A stretch of DNA of 64,000 nt from a virus. A program made the translations under genes and the position numbers. Position 1 is the first letter of the stretch. Each line of letters starts with the position of its first letter. Below are positions 1-9,931 of this stretch, piece by piece. Where the stretch lies: the IMG/VR virus record IMGVR_UViG_3300037264_005839. One strand, written 5' to 3'. The notes beneath the pieces were generated by a model that did not search any database, was not told the origin of the DNA, and was given only the letters and a program-made list of their open reading frames with translations.

Positions 1-9
1 AGCTGAGTC

Positions 10-378
10 ATGAACCGGGGGAGGCATCAACAACGCGAAATCCCCTGCCCGACGTGTCCTTGGCGACGTTCGGTGCCCAGCCGAGGGTTTCCTGGCGGGA
101 TCGTCGATGCTGAGAGACTTTTGCAGATTCTGCGAGACGGGCTTGAGGGGAAGATCATGCAGTGTCATTGCAGCCCCGATAACGAGCCGAGGGCTTGCGT
201 CGGTTTTGTCCTGCAGGTTGGGACCCGTAGCGTGGCGTGTCGCATCGCTGTTCTGCATGGGTTGTTCAACCCCTCAAAGATGTGTGCCGACGAACCGTTG
301 CACACCCTAGAATCATTGCTTTGTCAGCATGGAGGTCGTCCGTGCGAGAGACTGTCGGACAAGAAGGACAACAAATGA
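10..378 (+). CDS. hypothetical protein (true start may lie upstream of window)
   Basis: 122-aa ORF whose stop overlaps the next ATG (ATGA); only moderate GC3. Confidence 0.3.
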   Translation: MNRGRHQQREIPCPTCPWRRSVPSRGFPGGIVDAERLLQILRDGLEGKIMQCHCSPDNEPRACVGFVLQVGTRSVACRIAVLHGLFNPSKMCADEPLHTLESLLCQHGGRPCERLSDKKDNK

Positions 379-1727
379 GGAACTATCCAGACAACGAAGA
401 TGAAACCCGCGAGGCCCTCGACGAGCTCGCGTGCGAACAGTGGATGCTTGACCAGCTCCGGCGCAACCCGGACTACCCGCACTGGGGACCCCACGAGGAT
501 TACCAGTGGGTTCAAGATTTTCACAACCCAGACAGTCCCAGGGAATTCTCGGACTGGGACCACTTCAAGCGTTGTTTCACGGTGGGCAAGCATCCAGAGA
601 ACCCGGACGACCGCTCAGGCGGCGAGATCGTGAACTGGTATTTCTCGCTTGAGCGTCAACAACATGAGTGCCGTGACTGCGAGCGGTCCGGGCTCAACCC
701 CGCGACCAAGCGACTGTCCGACCACTGGTACAACCACATGCACCCCACGGGCAACGGGTGGTCTCATCAGCTAACCCAGGATGAGGTTGACGCGCTCCAG
801 GAGTCCGGTCGTCTGAATGAGCTTTGCGGCATGCGCACGCTCGAGGAGTTGGAGATCTTGGTGACGGCGGGCAAGATCGAACGTGCCGAGGCCGTCGCAC
901 GATGGGAGGCTCGGGACGCCTCGAAAGATCTCGTGCTGGACAACGGCAGCATCGTCAACCGGATGGTGCACTGGCGCGATCACATTCCGGCTGACGACCT
1001 CAACGAGGCCTACCGCAAAGGCATCGGTCACGATGCCATCAACCAGTGGATCTGCGTCGAGACTCGAGCCAAGCGCCTCGGCGTCTGGGGGACGTGTCTC
1101 ACCTGCGAGGGCACCGGCCGCATCTCCGTCGAGCCACGCGGTCGCCTCGCCATCGTGCTCTGGGTTGTCAACCCACGTACGGGTCAGAACTATGGTGTCG
1201 AGATCCTCAGCGTTCGCGAGACCGATTTGTCCGAGGTCTATGAATTCGTCCTCTCCTGCGGACAGCGTTTGGCCGAGCACCTCGATCTTCCCGATCTCCG
1301 CACTTTCACGGATGTCGCGGAGGTCGCCCGACGCGAGTCAGCTTGGACTCGGCCCGGGTCGGGCCTTGATGGAGACCCTCGTTACCCACAGTCGTGGTGC
1401 GCTCCCGTCGAGCAGGCATCTTGGAAAGAGATGCGACTGGTCCGAGACTGGCGGGGCAACCCTGTTCCACCGGAGGATCCGCAGCACGCCAAGCTCGGTC
1501 CCTCGTGGGAACTCGACTGCTACAACGAACTGATCGGGATCGACTTCGAACCCAACGGGCGTTACCCGGGACGCCTCCACTTCTGGATGGCTCACCCCCG
1601 CAAGGGTGCTAGCCGTCGCCTCACCATCGCCAGCTACGACGAGGGAGACCTCCCCGACATCGTCGCATGGGTCCGGGGTGCGCGGGAGCGAACTCTCAAG
1701 CGGTTCGCCTGCCGGCCCGAGGAGTAG
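375..1727 (+). CDS. hypothetical protein with CxxC pairs (possible zinc ribbon)
   Basis: ATG at 375 preceded by AAGGA; in frame with ORF 237..1727; motifs HECRDCERSG and CLTCEGTG; high GC3. Confidence 0.55.
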   Translation: MRNYPDNEDETREALDELACEQWMLDQLRRNPDYPHWGPHEDYQWVQDFHNPDSPREFSDWDHFKRCFTVGKHPENPDDRSGGEIVNWYFSLERQQHECRDCERSGLNPATKRLSDHWYNHMHPTGNGWSHQLTQDEVDALQESGRLNELCGMRTLEELEILVTAGKIERAEAVARWEARDASKDLVLDNGSIVNRMVHWRDHIPADDLNEAYRKGIGHDAINQWICVETRAKRLGVWGTCLTCEGTGRISVEPRGRLAIVLWVVNPRTGQNYGVEILSVRETDLSEVYEFVLSCGQRLAEHLDLPDLRTFTDVAEVARRESAWTRPGSGLDGDPRYPQSWCAPVEQASWKEMRLVRDWRGNPVPPEDPQHAKLGPSWELDCYNELIGIDFEPNGRYPGRLHFWMAHPRKGASRRLTIASYDEGDLPDIVAWVRGARERTLKRFACRPEE

Positions 1728-1745
1728 AAGGGGGAGGAGACCCTC

Positions 1746-2729
1746 ATGCCAGGATGGCCCTCAGGCAAGTTCTACCGCAAGACACAACACGCCAAGCCGC
1801 GTTTCCAGCTCTACCAGCCCGGCTTCAATAGCATGAACGGGTGCTGGCTCGACGGCGATTGGATCACCGTCCCAAAGGACGAGTGGGATCGTCGCAAAAA
1901 CGAGCATGACAGAACGTACAGCGCCGCCCGGAAGCGACTCTCGTCGCAGCACCATCGTGACGATGGGGTAGCTCCTGAGGCGATGACTCCAGCGCAGAGG
2001 CAGGCGTGGAAACACAACGCGGGCAACGGACGGTTTGATGCGGTTTGGCCTGATGGCCGCATCCAGGGTCTTGAACTCGGCCTGGCGGCCAACAAGATGT
2101 CGGCCGCCAGCGAACGATGGCTCCGCAACCAAGGGGCGAAACTCCTGCGCTGGGTCGTTGGCCCTGGACGCAAGAAAAAGCCGATCAATCAGCTCACCGG
2201 CTTCAACATCCCCGATGATCTCGTGAGCACGGAGCGGGGAACCACTGAGAACGATCCGGTGGACACTTGGCAGCACGTCGTGGATCAGAACGTCGCTGGG
2301 TTTGATGACATGTTCGAGGGCTGCATCCAAGAACTTGAGAGGGCTGAGGACAACGGCATTCAAAAGATTACCCTCTTCGCCGCACAGATGGCATTCCAGA
2401 GGATTATCGAGCTTGAGGAGGAGATCATCCGCATGGAGTGGAACGAGACGCGCGGAGAAAAGGACGAGTTCCAGACGATCCCCGACGAGACGAGGCGGTA
2501 CATCCGTTTAAGGGCACGGCTCTGTACGGCCCTCGACAAGGGTTCCTTCAATGATTGGTATGAGCAGGCCCGGACCACCCACAACGAGTGCGCCCGGACC
2601 AACCTCGACAACACCGAGGGGCGGTTGTACTGCTTCGTGTTGCCGAAGTTTTACGATGATGGTTCGCACGATCCGTGGGGGCCTCGCGACGTCCCGTGGG
2701 GCCAGGAAGCACAGGAGATGTTGGCATGA
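1746..2729 (+). CDS. hypothetical protein
   Basis: 327-aa ORF; GGGGGAGGAG SD-like stretch 8 nt upstream; high GC3. Confidence 0.6.
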   Translation: MPGWPSGKFYRKTQHAKPRFQLYQPGFNSMNGCWLDGDWITVPKDEWDRRKNEHDRTYSAARKRLSSQHHRDDGVAPEAMTPAQRQAWKHNAGNGRFDAVWPDGRIQGLELGLAANKMSAASERWLRNQGAKLLRWVVGPGRKKKPINQLTGFNIPDDLVSTERGTTENDPVDTWQHVVDQNVAGFDDMFEGCIQELERAEDNGIQKITLFAAQMAFQRIIELEEEIIRMEWNETRGEKDEFQTIPDETRRYIRLRARLCTALDKGSFNDWYEQARTTHNECARTNLDNTEGRLYCFVLPKFYDDGSHDPWGPRDVPWGQEAQEMLA

Positions 2730-3007
2730 AGTACCTGATCATCCCTGCGAAAGAACTCCAGGCGGGCGACGTACTGTTCACCGGGTCGCAAGGCCAAGTC
2801 GTGAACTTCTGTGGTCGTGTTGTCGGGATGAACGCTCCAACCCGAGGCGCCCCAACTCTTGAGTTCCGCGTGACGCCACTCATCGATGCGGAAACCAAGC
2901 AGACCATCCTCCAGTTCGGGATTGGTCAACTCGTGGGCGTCGCCCGCGAGGACGCCTACATCGACGTCGACGTGGCCTCAATTCTGGCCGACATTGACGA
3001 GCACTGA
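2726..3007 (+). CDS. hypothetical small protein
   Basis: ATG 2726 overlaps upstream stop (ATGA); 93 aa. Confidence 0.5.
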   Translation: MKYLIIPAKELQAGDVLFTGSQGQVVNFCGRVVGMNAPTRGAPTLEFRVTPLIDAETKQTILQFGIGQLVGVAREDAYIDVDVASILADIDEH

Positions 3008-3008
3008 A

Positions 3009-3410
3009 CTACTTTTTCTCGGAATCTTTCGATTCTTCGGAAGGGGTGGTTTCCGCGTTGCCGGCCGCTTCCTCTTTCACGGCTGTCGTTAGCTCTTGAA
3101 CCCGGATTTCGATGTTGTCGACCTTGCCGGTGATCGCCTCGAGCTTCACCGCGTTCTCGTTGGTAGAGAGCATGTCGGTGATCAGCTTGTCCTGCCGTTC
3201 GATGCGGTGCTCATGTGCTTCCACTTGGGAGCGCAGCGCTTGGTAGAGCGAGTAGAGGGCGATGTCGCCAACCAAGAGGACACCCAGGATCAAGGCAATC
3301 CCGATGCGAAACCAGGAGAGAACTCGCTCCCGCGGACCCTCCGTGACCATGAAGGGTCCCGTGTTGTTCTGGGTCGAGATGGGCTCAGGAGTGGCTTCGT
3401 CGGGCATCAT
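3009..3410 (-). CDS. membrane-anchored coiled-coil protein (single TM, Lys/Glu-rich tail)
   Basis: 133-aa ORF, hydrophobic segment IGIALILGVLLVGDIALY; lone reverse-oriented gene convergent with 2726..3007. Confidence 0.5.
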   Translation of the reverse strand: MMPDEATPEPISTQNNTGPFMVTEGPRERVLSWFRIGIALILGVLLVGDIALYSLYQALRSQVEAHEHRIERQDKLITDMLSTNENAVKLEAITGKVDNIEIRVQELTTAVKEEAAGNAETTPSEESKDSEKK

Positions 3411-3451
3411 TGGTGGGAGGTCATAGTCTGGCTATCGGAACCCATGGGTAG

Positions 3452-4699
3452 ATGGCCTTTCCGCCCATCCCTCCTCTGCCGCAGCTTCCATGGTCGCTGC
3501 CGTTTAATTTCACGATCCCGCCGTCCCACATCCTCACGTTGCCGGACGCCTCTGACGAATTTTGTGCGGAGTGCATCTCTTGCTTCCTCGACTGCCTCGT
3601 GACCGAGTGTGTGGGTCGGGCCGGCTGCGACTGGGTCATCATCCTCAACCGCAAGGTCTACTTCCTCAAGTGGCGAGACGTGACGCCACGGCCGCCGTGG
3701 ACACAACAGGTCTGGGACATCTTCAAGGTGCTCCCGCCGAACTGTGGGTGTCCTAGTGCGCCCGTGAGCTTGGGTTGGCAGTGGTGCTGGGCCGATGTCA
3801 TCAAGACCTTGCGCTACGACATCTTCCTGCACTGGCAGAACGGGGACATCTCTGGGAGCGGGCAGACGGTCGTGGCCATCGGAACGAACGCCTTCCAGTC
3901 CGCCACGGTCGGCATCCCACAGATTGGTCCCGTCCTCTACCTCGACGCAGCGGACTCGAGCTCCATCACGCTCAACGCTGGTTTCGTTGAGGCCTGGTCC
4001 GACAAGAGTACCTACTTCAACAATGCCGTGCAGGCGACGCCAGCCAACCGTCCCACGGTAGCCGCGGCATCTCTCAATGGACTCGACACGCTCCGCTTCG
4101 ATGCTGCGTTCGCGCAGTTCCTCGACGTGCCCACACTCAAGAAGCGCGCCGACTGGCATCTGTTCGTCGTGGGGCGCTTTTTCACGAACGCCGCGTGGCC
4201 TCGCGGCACCTTCTTTTCAGCGACCGGCTTTGATGCCACGTTCGGCGGCATCGAAGGCAAGGTGTATCAGGACGCGACCTTCCAACCGACAGGCACCCCC
4301 TTCACCTTCCTGAATCCGAACGACGTGCCCATGGTCGGCACGAGCTTGAGCTCGGGGACGTTCGGGATCTGGGAGTACCGCGAGAGCATCTCGGGCGACG
4401 GCACAATCAGTATCGGAGTGAATGCCTTCGATCAGCAGGTGTTCTCTGGGAACACGGCCGACGACTTCTGGGACCCGACACGGCAGACTTTCGGTGAGCC
4501 AATCCCTCTACCGGGGGCCGTGGGACGCTCGAACTGGGGAATCAACCCGCTCAGGATGTTCGACTATCTCGATGGGAACGTGGGTCAGCTCCTCCTCTAC
4601 CCGAGGGTGCTCTCCGAAGGAGAACGTGTCCAAGTGCTCAACGTGTTGCGGGCCAAGTGGGGCCTGGGCGCTCCCCTTCCTTTCCCACCCAACCCCTAG
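3452..4699 (+). CDS. hypothetical protein, C-terminal beta-sandwich (LamG/ConA-like?) region
   Basis: 415-aa ORF; good GC3; no catalytic motif recognised. Confidence 0.55.
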   Translation: MAFPPIPPLPQLPWSLPFNFTIPPSHILTLPDASDEFCAECISCFLDCLVTECVGRAGCDWVIILNRKVYFLKWRDVTPRPPWTQQVWDIFKVLPPNCGCPSAPVSLGWQWCWADVIKTLRYDIFLHWQNGDISGSGQTVVAIGTNAFQSATVGIPQIGPVLYLDAADSSSITLNAGFVEAWSDKSTYFNNAVQATPANRPTVAAASLNGLDTLRFDAAFAQFLDVPTLKKRADWHLFVVGRFFTNAAWPRGTFFSATGFDATFGGIEGKVYQDATFQPTGTPFTFLNPNDVPMVGTSLSSGTFGIWEYRESISGDGTISIGVNAFDQQVFSGNTADDFWDPTRQTFGEPIPLPGAVGRSNWGINPLRMFDYLDGNVGQLLLYPRVLSEGERVQVLNVLRAKWGLGAPLPFPPNP

Positions 4700-4714
4700 C
4701 CGGTAGAGTGGCGC

Positions 4715-5053
4715 ATGACCGACGCCGAATTCGTGGACGAGCTGGTCGAGCGATTGAACCTGTGGTTGCAGGGGGACCCTGACCGGGCCAACAAGGTTCT
4801 CTTGACCCCACTCGGTCACGCTGGCTACGCGAACGTGGGCCACCTCTTCAGCCAGTTCTGCTTCCCGCGGGGTATGGATCTCACGAAGCCCCCAGAGAGC
4901 GTGGACGAGGTCAGGTTTCTCTTCCCAGTGGTCGAGGATCGGAGGATCACCGCCTTCCGCTCCCTCTCAGGGGCCGAGATGCAGGAGCACCACCGGGCAA
5001 TGGCGGTGCGGGCGGCCAGCCAGGAGATGCCCAAAGACCCTCCGAAGCACTGA
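4715..5053 (+). CDS. hypothetical protein
   Basis: 112-aa ORF immediately preceded by CCGGTAGAGTGGCGC motif. Confidence 0.5.
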   Translation: MTDAEFVDELVERLNLWLQGDPDRANKVLLTPLGHAGYANVGHLFSQFCFPRGMDLTKPPESVDEVRFLFPVVEDRRITAFRSLSGAEMQEHHRAMAVRAASQEMPKDPPKH

Positions 5054-5102
5054 TCGGCTGACGGGGTAAAAGAAATGATCTTCCTCAGAGGAACAGACAA
5101 AC

Positions 5103-5540
5103 ATGACCACGCACACCTTCCAACTCAAAATTTCCAACTCCCTCCGAGAACTCTGCCGCCGCGCATGCCTCCAGCTCGAGAGTGAGAACGAGAAACTCTC
5201 TCTCTCCGTCGCCCAACATCTGCGGACAGCCACGAGCCTCAATGTGGACGAGGTTGCGCACCTCGAACAGGCACTCGTCGGCTACATCGATGCCAAACTC
5301 TCCAACGACATCGCGGCCCGCGACTTGGCCCGCAGTTTCGTCTGTGTGCTTGCAGATTTTCGCGCGACGCCGCTCGAGGCCGCTGTCCAAGAAGACCCGG
5401 CGCCTCAGCAGGCGAAGGCTGGCTTGGCCGCCCTTCACCGCGCGGATATGGAGTCGTTCAACCAGAAGCGTGACGAGATTTTCCGGCACATCTTCGGAGT
5501 GGACGCCGACCACACGATCTGGGGGACTGAGCGCAAGTGA
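5103..5540 (+). CDS. hypothetical protein
   Basis: 145-aa ORF; AGGAACAGACAAAC upstream. Confidence 0.5.
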   Translation: MTTHTFQLKISNSLRELCRRACLQLESENEKLSLSVAQHLRTATSLNVDEVAHLEQALVGYIDAKLSNDIAARDLARSFVCVLADFRATPLEAAVQEDPAPQQAKAGLAALHRADMESFNQKRDEIFRHIFGVDADHTIWGTERK

Positions 5541-5562
5541 CAGACGCAGTAACGAGTTTAAC

Positions 5563-6090
5563 GTGAGCGACTACGATATCGTCGAGGTCATCCGAGAACC
5601 GTACGACCCGCGCTTCCAACTATGGAAGCGAGAGGGGCTACGTCTTGAGCAAGGGGACAAGGTCCCCATCGTCGGGATGGCCCCCACCTACGCCGTGCGT
5701 CTGCATTCCCAGGTGCCGGCCCCCGCCCGCTACCTCTGGGTTCAGGACGGTGTCATCACCAATCCGATGGCCCACCAGCCTATCGGGGACGCCTCTGTTT
5801 TCGACGCATGGGGTCGCTACCTGGGACGAGGCGGAAGTCCGCTGGACCCTCCCGCCACGGGCACTTGGGAGCAAGTCCTGATACGGGAATTTTCCCCCTC
5901 ATCTTCCCCATCGCCCGTCGAGGCGTCCCCGACACCCACGGCAACCACCGAGATGTTGATGCACCGCTTTCATCTGCGACAGGATCTGGAGATTCAAGTG
6001 AGCCTTCCTGCGGATCTCGACGAACGCGATGTAGGACGCCTGTGCGTATTCCTGCGGTCTCTTCCCTTTGCATCGGAGAAGACTCCGTGA
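5563..6090 (+). CDS. hypothetical protein
   Basis: GTG 5563 in frame with ORF 5182..6090 after the end of the 5103..5540 gene; the upstream part of that ORF is a shadow of 5103..5540. Confidence 0.4.
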   Translation: MSDYDIVEVIREPYDPRFQLWKREGLRLEQGDKVPIVGMAPTYAVRLHSQVPAPARYLWVQDGVITNPMAHQPIGDASVFDAWGRYLGRGGSPLDPPATGTWEQVLIREFSPSSSPSPVEASPTPTATTEMLMHRFHLRQDLEIQVSLPADLDERDVGRLCVFLRSLPFASEKTP

Positions 6091-6809
6091 AGATCGCAGT
6101 GGCGAGCGATCTCCACTTTGAGTTTCACCGGGACGGCGGCTATACGCTTTCGCAGGAGCTGGCAGAGGCGGATGTGCTCGTGTGCGCAGGGGATCTGTCG
6201 AGCTCTCGCGGAATCGGAGGGGCGCTCCAACTGCTTTGCAGTCGCTACCCTCACGTCGTCTTCGTTGCCGGAAATCACGAGCCGTACGGGAGTTCTATCT
6301 CTCAGATTCGCGAGGTACTCCGTCGCGCAGAACAACACAGCAACGGGCGTCTTCACGTGCTCGACAACTCGGTGTGCGAGATCGGTGGCCAGCGGTTCGT
6401 CGGCACCACCATGTGGACCCGTCGAACGCCGGGTATTCAAAAACGCCAACGCATGCTCAGCGACTTCGAGTTGATCAAGGATGCCGACCCGCTAGTGTAC
6501 GAGGAGAACGAGCAAGCCATCGCATTCCTCGAGCGTGAGGTGTCCTTGAGCGACGTGGTTGTCACCCATCATCTGCCTGTCGAGGCATCCATCCACCAAC
6601 AGTACAAGGGCTCACCGCTCAACTGCTTCTTTCTGTGCGACATGGAGCCGCTCATCCTTGAGCGTCAGCCCAGGCTTTGGATCCACGGCCACACCCATAC
6701 GTCGGTGGACGTGAAGATCGGTGCCACCAGGATCTTGTGCAATCCTTTCGGCTACGCTGCCCATGAGGAGAACCCGTCATTCGATTCCAGGCTGATCGTG
6801 GAAATCTGA
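6087..6809 (+). CDS. calcineurin-like metallophosphoesterase
   Basis: GTG 6087 overlaps upstream stop (GTGA); motifs KIAVASDLHFE, GDL, VAGNHE, HGHTH typical of PF00149. Confidence 0.8.
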   Translation: MKIAVASDLHFEFHRDGGYTLSQELAEADVLVCAGDLSSSRGIGGALQLLCSRYPHVVFVAGNHEPYGSSISQIREVLRRAEQHSNGRLHVLDNSVCEIGGQRFVGTTMWTRRTPGIQKRQRMLSDFELIKDADPLVYEENEQAIAFLEREVSLSDVVVTHHLPVEASIHQQYKGSPLNCFFLCDMEPLILERQPRLWIHGHTHTSVDVKIGATRILCNPFGYAAHEENPSFDSRLIVEI

Positions 6810-6841
6810 AGCGCGTCCTGGGCACGTGGGTTGTCTCCTAT

Positions 6842-7144
6842 GTGTCCCCGGAAGATGCTCCTCAGATGCACTTGGTTGTTGCACTCACCGGGGAGAGTGC
6901 CCGAGCCAAGGTTCACGGCGCCACCGGACTTCCGTACGACAATCTCTACGCCGAGCTCGTGCATCGAGACATGTCTCCTGTTCCAGCCAACCGCTGGAAC
7001 CCCAGTCTCGAGCGGTACCTCGGCTCCCTTGCGATATTCTCGCCACGCCACTCACGGCCATGTCCAAGTTGCCCGAGGACGCCGCTCCGCGAGTGCCCAG
7101 TGTGTGCCGGAACCGGGGTGCGTCCGCGGAAGCGCCCCCAGTAG
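6842..7144 (+). CDS. hypothetical small Cys-rich protein
   Basis: 100-aa ORF filling the gap before rtcB; CPSCP...CPVCAGTG. Confidence 0.3.
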   Translation: MSPEDAPQMHLVVALTGESARAKVHGATGLPYDNLYAELVHRDMSPVPANRWNPSLERYLGSLAIFSPRHSRPCPSCPRTPLRECPVCAGTGVRPRKRPQ

Positions 7145-7292
7145 AGGGATCAACGGCCTTCCTCGTGCTGGGTGTTGGGAGGCCCCCAGGACAGCATTTG
7201 GGGCCGTCCGGTACTCCGAGAGTGTAAAAACTACAGGAGACCCGTGTACGGGAGGAGGAAGCCGTCGCGGCTGACCTGCCAGAGGAAATGCC

Positions 7293-8699
7293 ATGAGCTT
7301 CAAGTACATAGTCGAGGCCGTCTCGCCGAATCACTTCGTGCTCCCGAAGACGGGAGACATGCGGTGCCACGTGGACGCGTTCCTGAGCCAGTCGCTCTAC
7401 GAGCAGACGGACGAGGGGCTGTGGCAACAGGCCGTGGACTCTGCCTCGTACGACGGGGTGCTCGGCGTCTACCTGATGCCCGACACGCACCTCGGCTACG
7501 GCATCCCGGTCGGGGGTGTCGTGGTCACCGACAACACGATCATCCAGAGCGGGAGTGGCTACGACATCTCGTGCGGCGTTGTCCAGATGCGCGTGCCGAA
7601 GTTGCACGCCTCGGACGTTGCAGACTGGGACAAGCGCGAGCGGTGGGTCCGTGAGGTCGAGAAGCGCGTCGCTACGGGCCTCGGCAACGACCGACCGGAA
7701 CTCGCCAAGCGGATCAAGCACCGCCAAGTCGAAGATGTGCTCCGATTCGGCGCCAAGGCGCTTGGTGTCTCGGCGGATCTCTGCGAGCGCCAGTACATCG
7801 AGATCCCCGAGGACATCGACCTGACGAAGATCGAGAAGGCGCACGAGAAGTGCATCCACCAGCTCGGAAGTGTCGGAGGAGGCAATCACTTCATCGAGAT
7901 GCAGGTGGACCGTGACGAGGGCTCCGTGTGGGTGATGATCCACTGCGGGTCTCGGGGCTACGGTTGGCAGACCGCGAACCACTTTTTCCACGAAGGGGCT
8001 GCCCTCCGGGGTCTTCCAAAGAACCGACGCGAACAGTCGCACCTCTACGCGGACGAGCCCCTCGGCAAAGAATACTGGGCACATCACAACAGCGCGGCGA
8101 ACTTCGCCGTGGCGAACCGGCACACTATCGTCGAAGGCGTCCAGGAGGCACTCCGAGAGATCTATGGGACGGGGGGCGAGGTCTACTACGAGATCAGCCA
8201 CAACCTCGTGCAGCAGGAGACGCTCGTGCTCCCCGATGGCACGACCAAGAAGGGCTTCGTGCATCGCAAGGGCGCGACGCGTGCCTTCCCGGCCGGACAC
8301 CCGGATCTCCGAGGCACGAAGTGGGAAGGTACGGGCCACCCGTGCCTGATCCCGGGCTCGATGTTGAGCGGGGCCGCGATCTTGTTCCCGAAGGCCGGTG
8401 CCTACGCGTCGGGGTGCTCAGTCAACCACGGGAGCGGTCGCATGCTCGGACGCGCGGCGGCGAAGCGCGAACTCGGCGAGATGCAGGGGGACATCGACGA
8501 CGAGATGCGGACCATCGAGCGTGTGTTCGACGGGGTCCCCATCATAGGCATCGTCGGGAACACCGCGAAGACGCCGCTCGACGAGTGCGGCATGGTCTAC
8601 AAGGATCTCGACGCCGTGCTCGACGTGCTGGTTCAGGAGGGCATCGCCGAGATCGCGCACCGCATGTACCCCGTCGCCAACATTAAAGGAACCGACTGA
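7293..8699 (+). CDS. rtcB: RNA 3'-phosphate/5'-OH ligase RtcB
   Basis: 468 aa; GAGGAAA RBS; blocks GGGNHFIEMQ, HCGSRGYG, SVNHGSGR match RtcB family signatures. Confidence 0.9.
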   Translation: MSFKYIVEAVSPNHFVLPKTGDMRCHVDAFLSQSLYEQTDEGLWQQAVDSASYDGVLGVYLMPDTHLGYGIPVGGVVVTDNTIIQSGSGYDISCGVVQMRVPKLHASDVADWDKRERWVREVEKRVATGLGNDRPELAKRIKHRQVEDVLRFGAKALGVSADLCERQYIEIPEDIDLTKIEKAHEKCIHQLGSVGGGNHFIEMQVDRDEGSVWVMIHCGSRGYGWQTANHFFHEGAALRGLPKNRREQSHLYADEPLGKEYWAHHNSAANFAVANRHTIVEGVQEALREIYGTGGEVYYEISHNLVQQETLVLPDGTTKKGFVHRKGATRAFPAGHPDLRGTKWEGTGHPCLIPGSMLSGAAILFPKAGAYASGCSVNHGSGRMLGRAAAKRELGEMQGDIDDEMRTIERVFDGVPIIGIVGNTAKTPLDECGMVYKDLDAVLDVLVQEGIAEIAHRMYPVANIKGTD

Positions 8700-8747
8700 T
8701 GCCTGAGAAGAACATCCAACCACAGATGACGCAAACGCGTCCTCAAC

Positions 8748-8885
8748 ATCGAGTGGAAGGAGACACAGATCCACGTCCCTCCAGAAATCTTCACCGACGA
8801 AGACGTGACGAAGTGGACGACCGGCATCCACGCGTGGGGAGTGGACAAGGCCATCGAGTACCTGCGGAAGGTCTGGAGCTGCTGA
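8748..8885 (+). CDS. small protein, start unresolved (possible frameshift or non-canonical start)
   Basis: frame with about 89% GC3 (IEWKETQIHVPPEIFTDEDVTKWTTGIHAWGVDKAIEYLRKVWSC) has no ATG/GTG/TTG; the ATG-initiated frame at 8699 is R-rich with low GC3. Confidence 0.3.
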   Translation: MEWKETQIHVPPEIFTDEDVTKWTTGIHAWGVDKAIEYLRKVWSC

Positions 8886-8886
8886 C

Positions 8887-9252
8887 ATGACCTCGATCCC
8901 CGTCATCGACAACAGGTTCATCTGCGTACAGGGCATCGAGATTCCACTGCCCCACTCCAAGGATCCAGAAGGCTTCATCACGCCGGACTGGCATGACATC
9001 ACCGAGTTCTACGGGGCGTGGTGCAACAGGGTGGCTGCGACGGGCCTGGAACCTTGGGCCCCCCAGCCCTTCCTCCTCTCCGTGGCGAAGGAGCTGGAGC
9101 GGCTGGAGGCACGTCCTGGACGCAACGCGGAGATGTGGTTCAAGCGCATGGTTCAGCACTTTGGCCTCGGGTGGCTCAAGGAGCGCATCGAGTTCATGAA
9201 ACGGGATCGCGACGGGCGTCTCGGGCAACTCCAGGAGACAGACGATGGGTGA
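8887..9252 (+). CDS. hypothetical protein
   Basis: 121-aa ORF; high GC3. Confidence 0.55.
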   Translation: MTSIPVIDNRFICVQGIEIPLPHSKDPEGFITPDWHDITEFYGAWCNRVAATGLEPWAPQPFLLSVAKELERLEARPGRNAEMWFKRMVQHFGLGWLKERIEFMKRDRDGRLGQLQETDDG

Positions 9253-9892
9253 CCCACACAACCCGGACCGCTACGGCGAGAGGTGGAACCCAGTGCGTTG
9301 GGCTGTCCTCGCCGCCGAGATCGATGCAGTGAAGGGGTACGGCGCGCTCTCCGGTGGTTGGGCTTGGCATTTTATGAGTCCTCCTCACGACGAGGAGAAA
9401 CACCTTCATGATCATCGCGACATCGACCTGCACGCGTTCCCTGACCGCTTCACCGAACTCATCGTGTTCCTCAAGGAACGCGGTTATCATCGACAGACGA
9501 CACGCTTCGACGATCCGAGTGGGGAGTTCGTGCGTTTTGAGAAGCATGTCGAGGCGTGCCGGACGTGTGGAAGCCAGGAGATCATCAAATCTTCTGAGGA
9601 CGATTCCTCTTTGGAGGAGTGGTTGTGCTTCAAATGTGGAGCGGGATCACCTGGTGGGGGTCCCTCTTGGGAGCCGGAGACTGTAAAGGTCATCTTCGAC
9701 CTGTTCGTGCAAGACGTGCCAACAATCGAGGTGGAGGGTTACTCGGTAGTCGAGCCCGGCCACATGCTGACCTTCTACGGCGTCAAGCACAGCTCGGAGC
9801 AGTGTGTCGCCGTTCAAGCGGCACGTCGCATCCTGGCCGCAGGTGGCGAGATCGTGAAGAACCCCCTCCTCGTCGGCGACTACGGAATTTGA
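9245..9892 (+). CDS. putative Pol-beta-type nucleotidyltransferase with C-terminal Cys ribbon
   Basis: LSGGWAWHF...HDHRDIDLH resembles the GS...DxD motif; CRTCGS...CFKCG. Confidence 0.4.
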   Translation: MGDPHNPDRYGERWNPVRWAVLAAEIDAVKGYGALSGGWAWHFMSPPHDEEKHLHDHRDIDLHAFPDRFTELIVFLKERGYHRQTTRFDDPSGEFVRFEKHVEACRTCGSQEIIKSSEDDSSLEEWLCFKCGAGSPGGGPSWEPETVKVIFDLFVQDVPTIEVEGYSVVEPGHMLTFYGVKHSSEQCVAVQAARRILAAGGEIVKNPLLVGDYGI

Positions 9893-9931
9893 CCCCGGAA
9901 TGGTGAAGATCCGATAGCTCTCTCTCTGAGG

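Noticed and set aside
6885-8339. 484-aa minus-strand ORF antisense to rtcB
   Set aside because: It fully overlaps a strongly conserved RtcB reading frame. Its composition is R/A/P-rich, typical of shadow ORFs in high-GC DNA.
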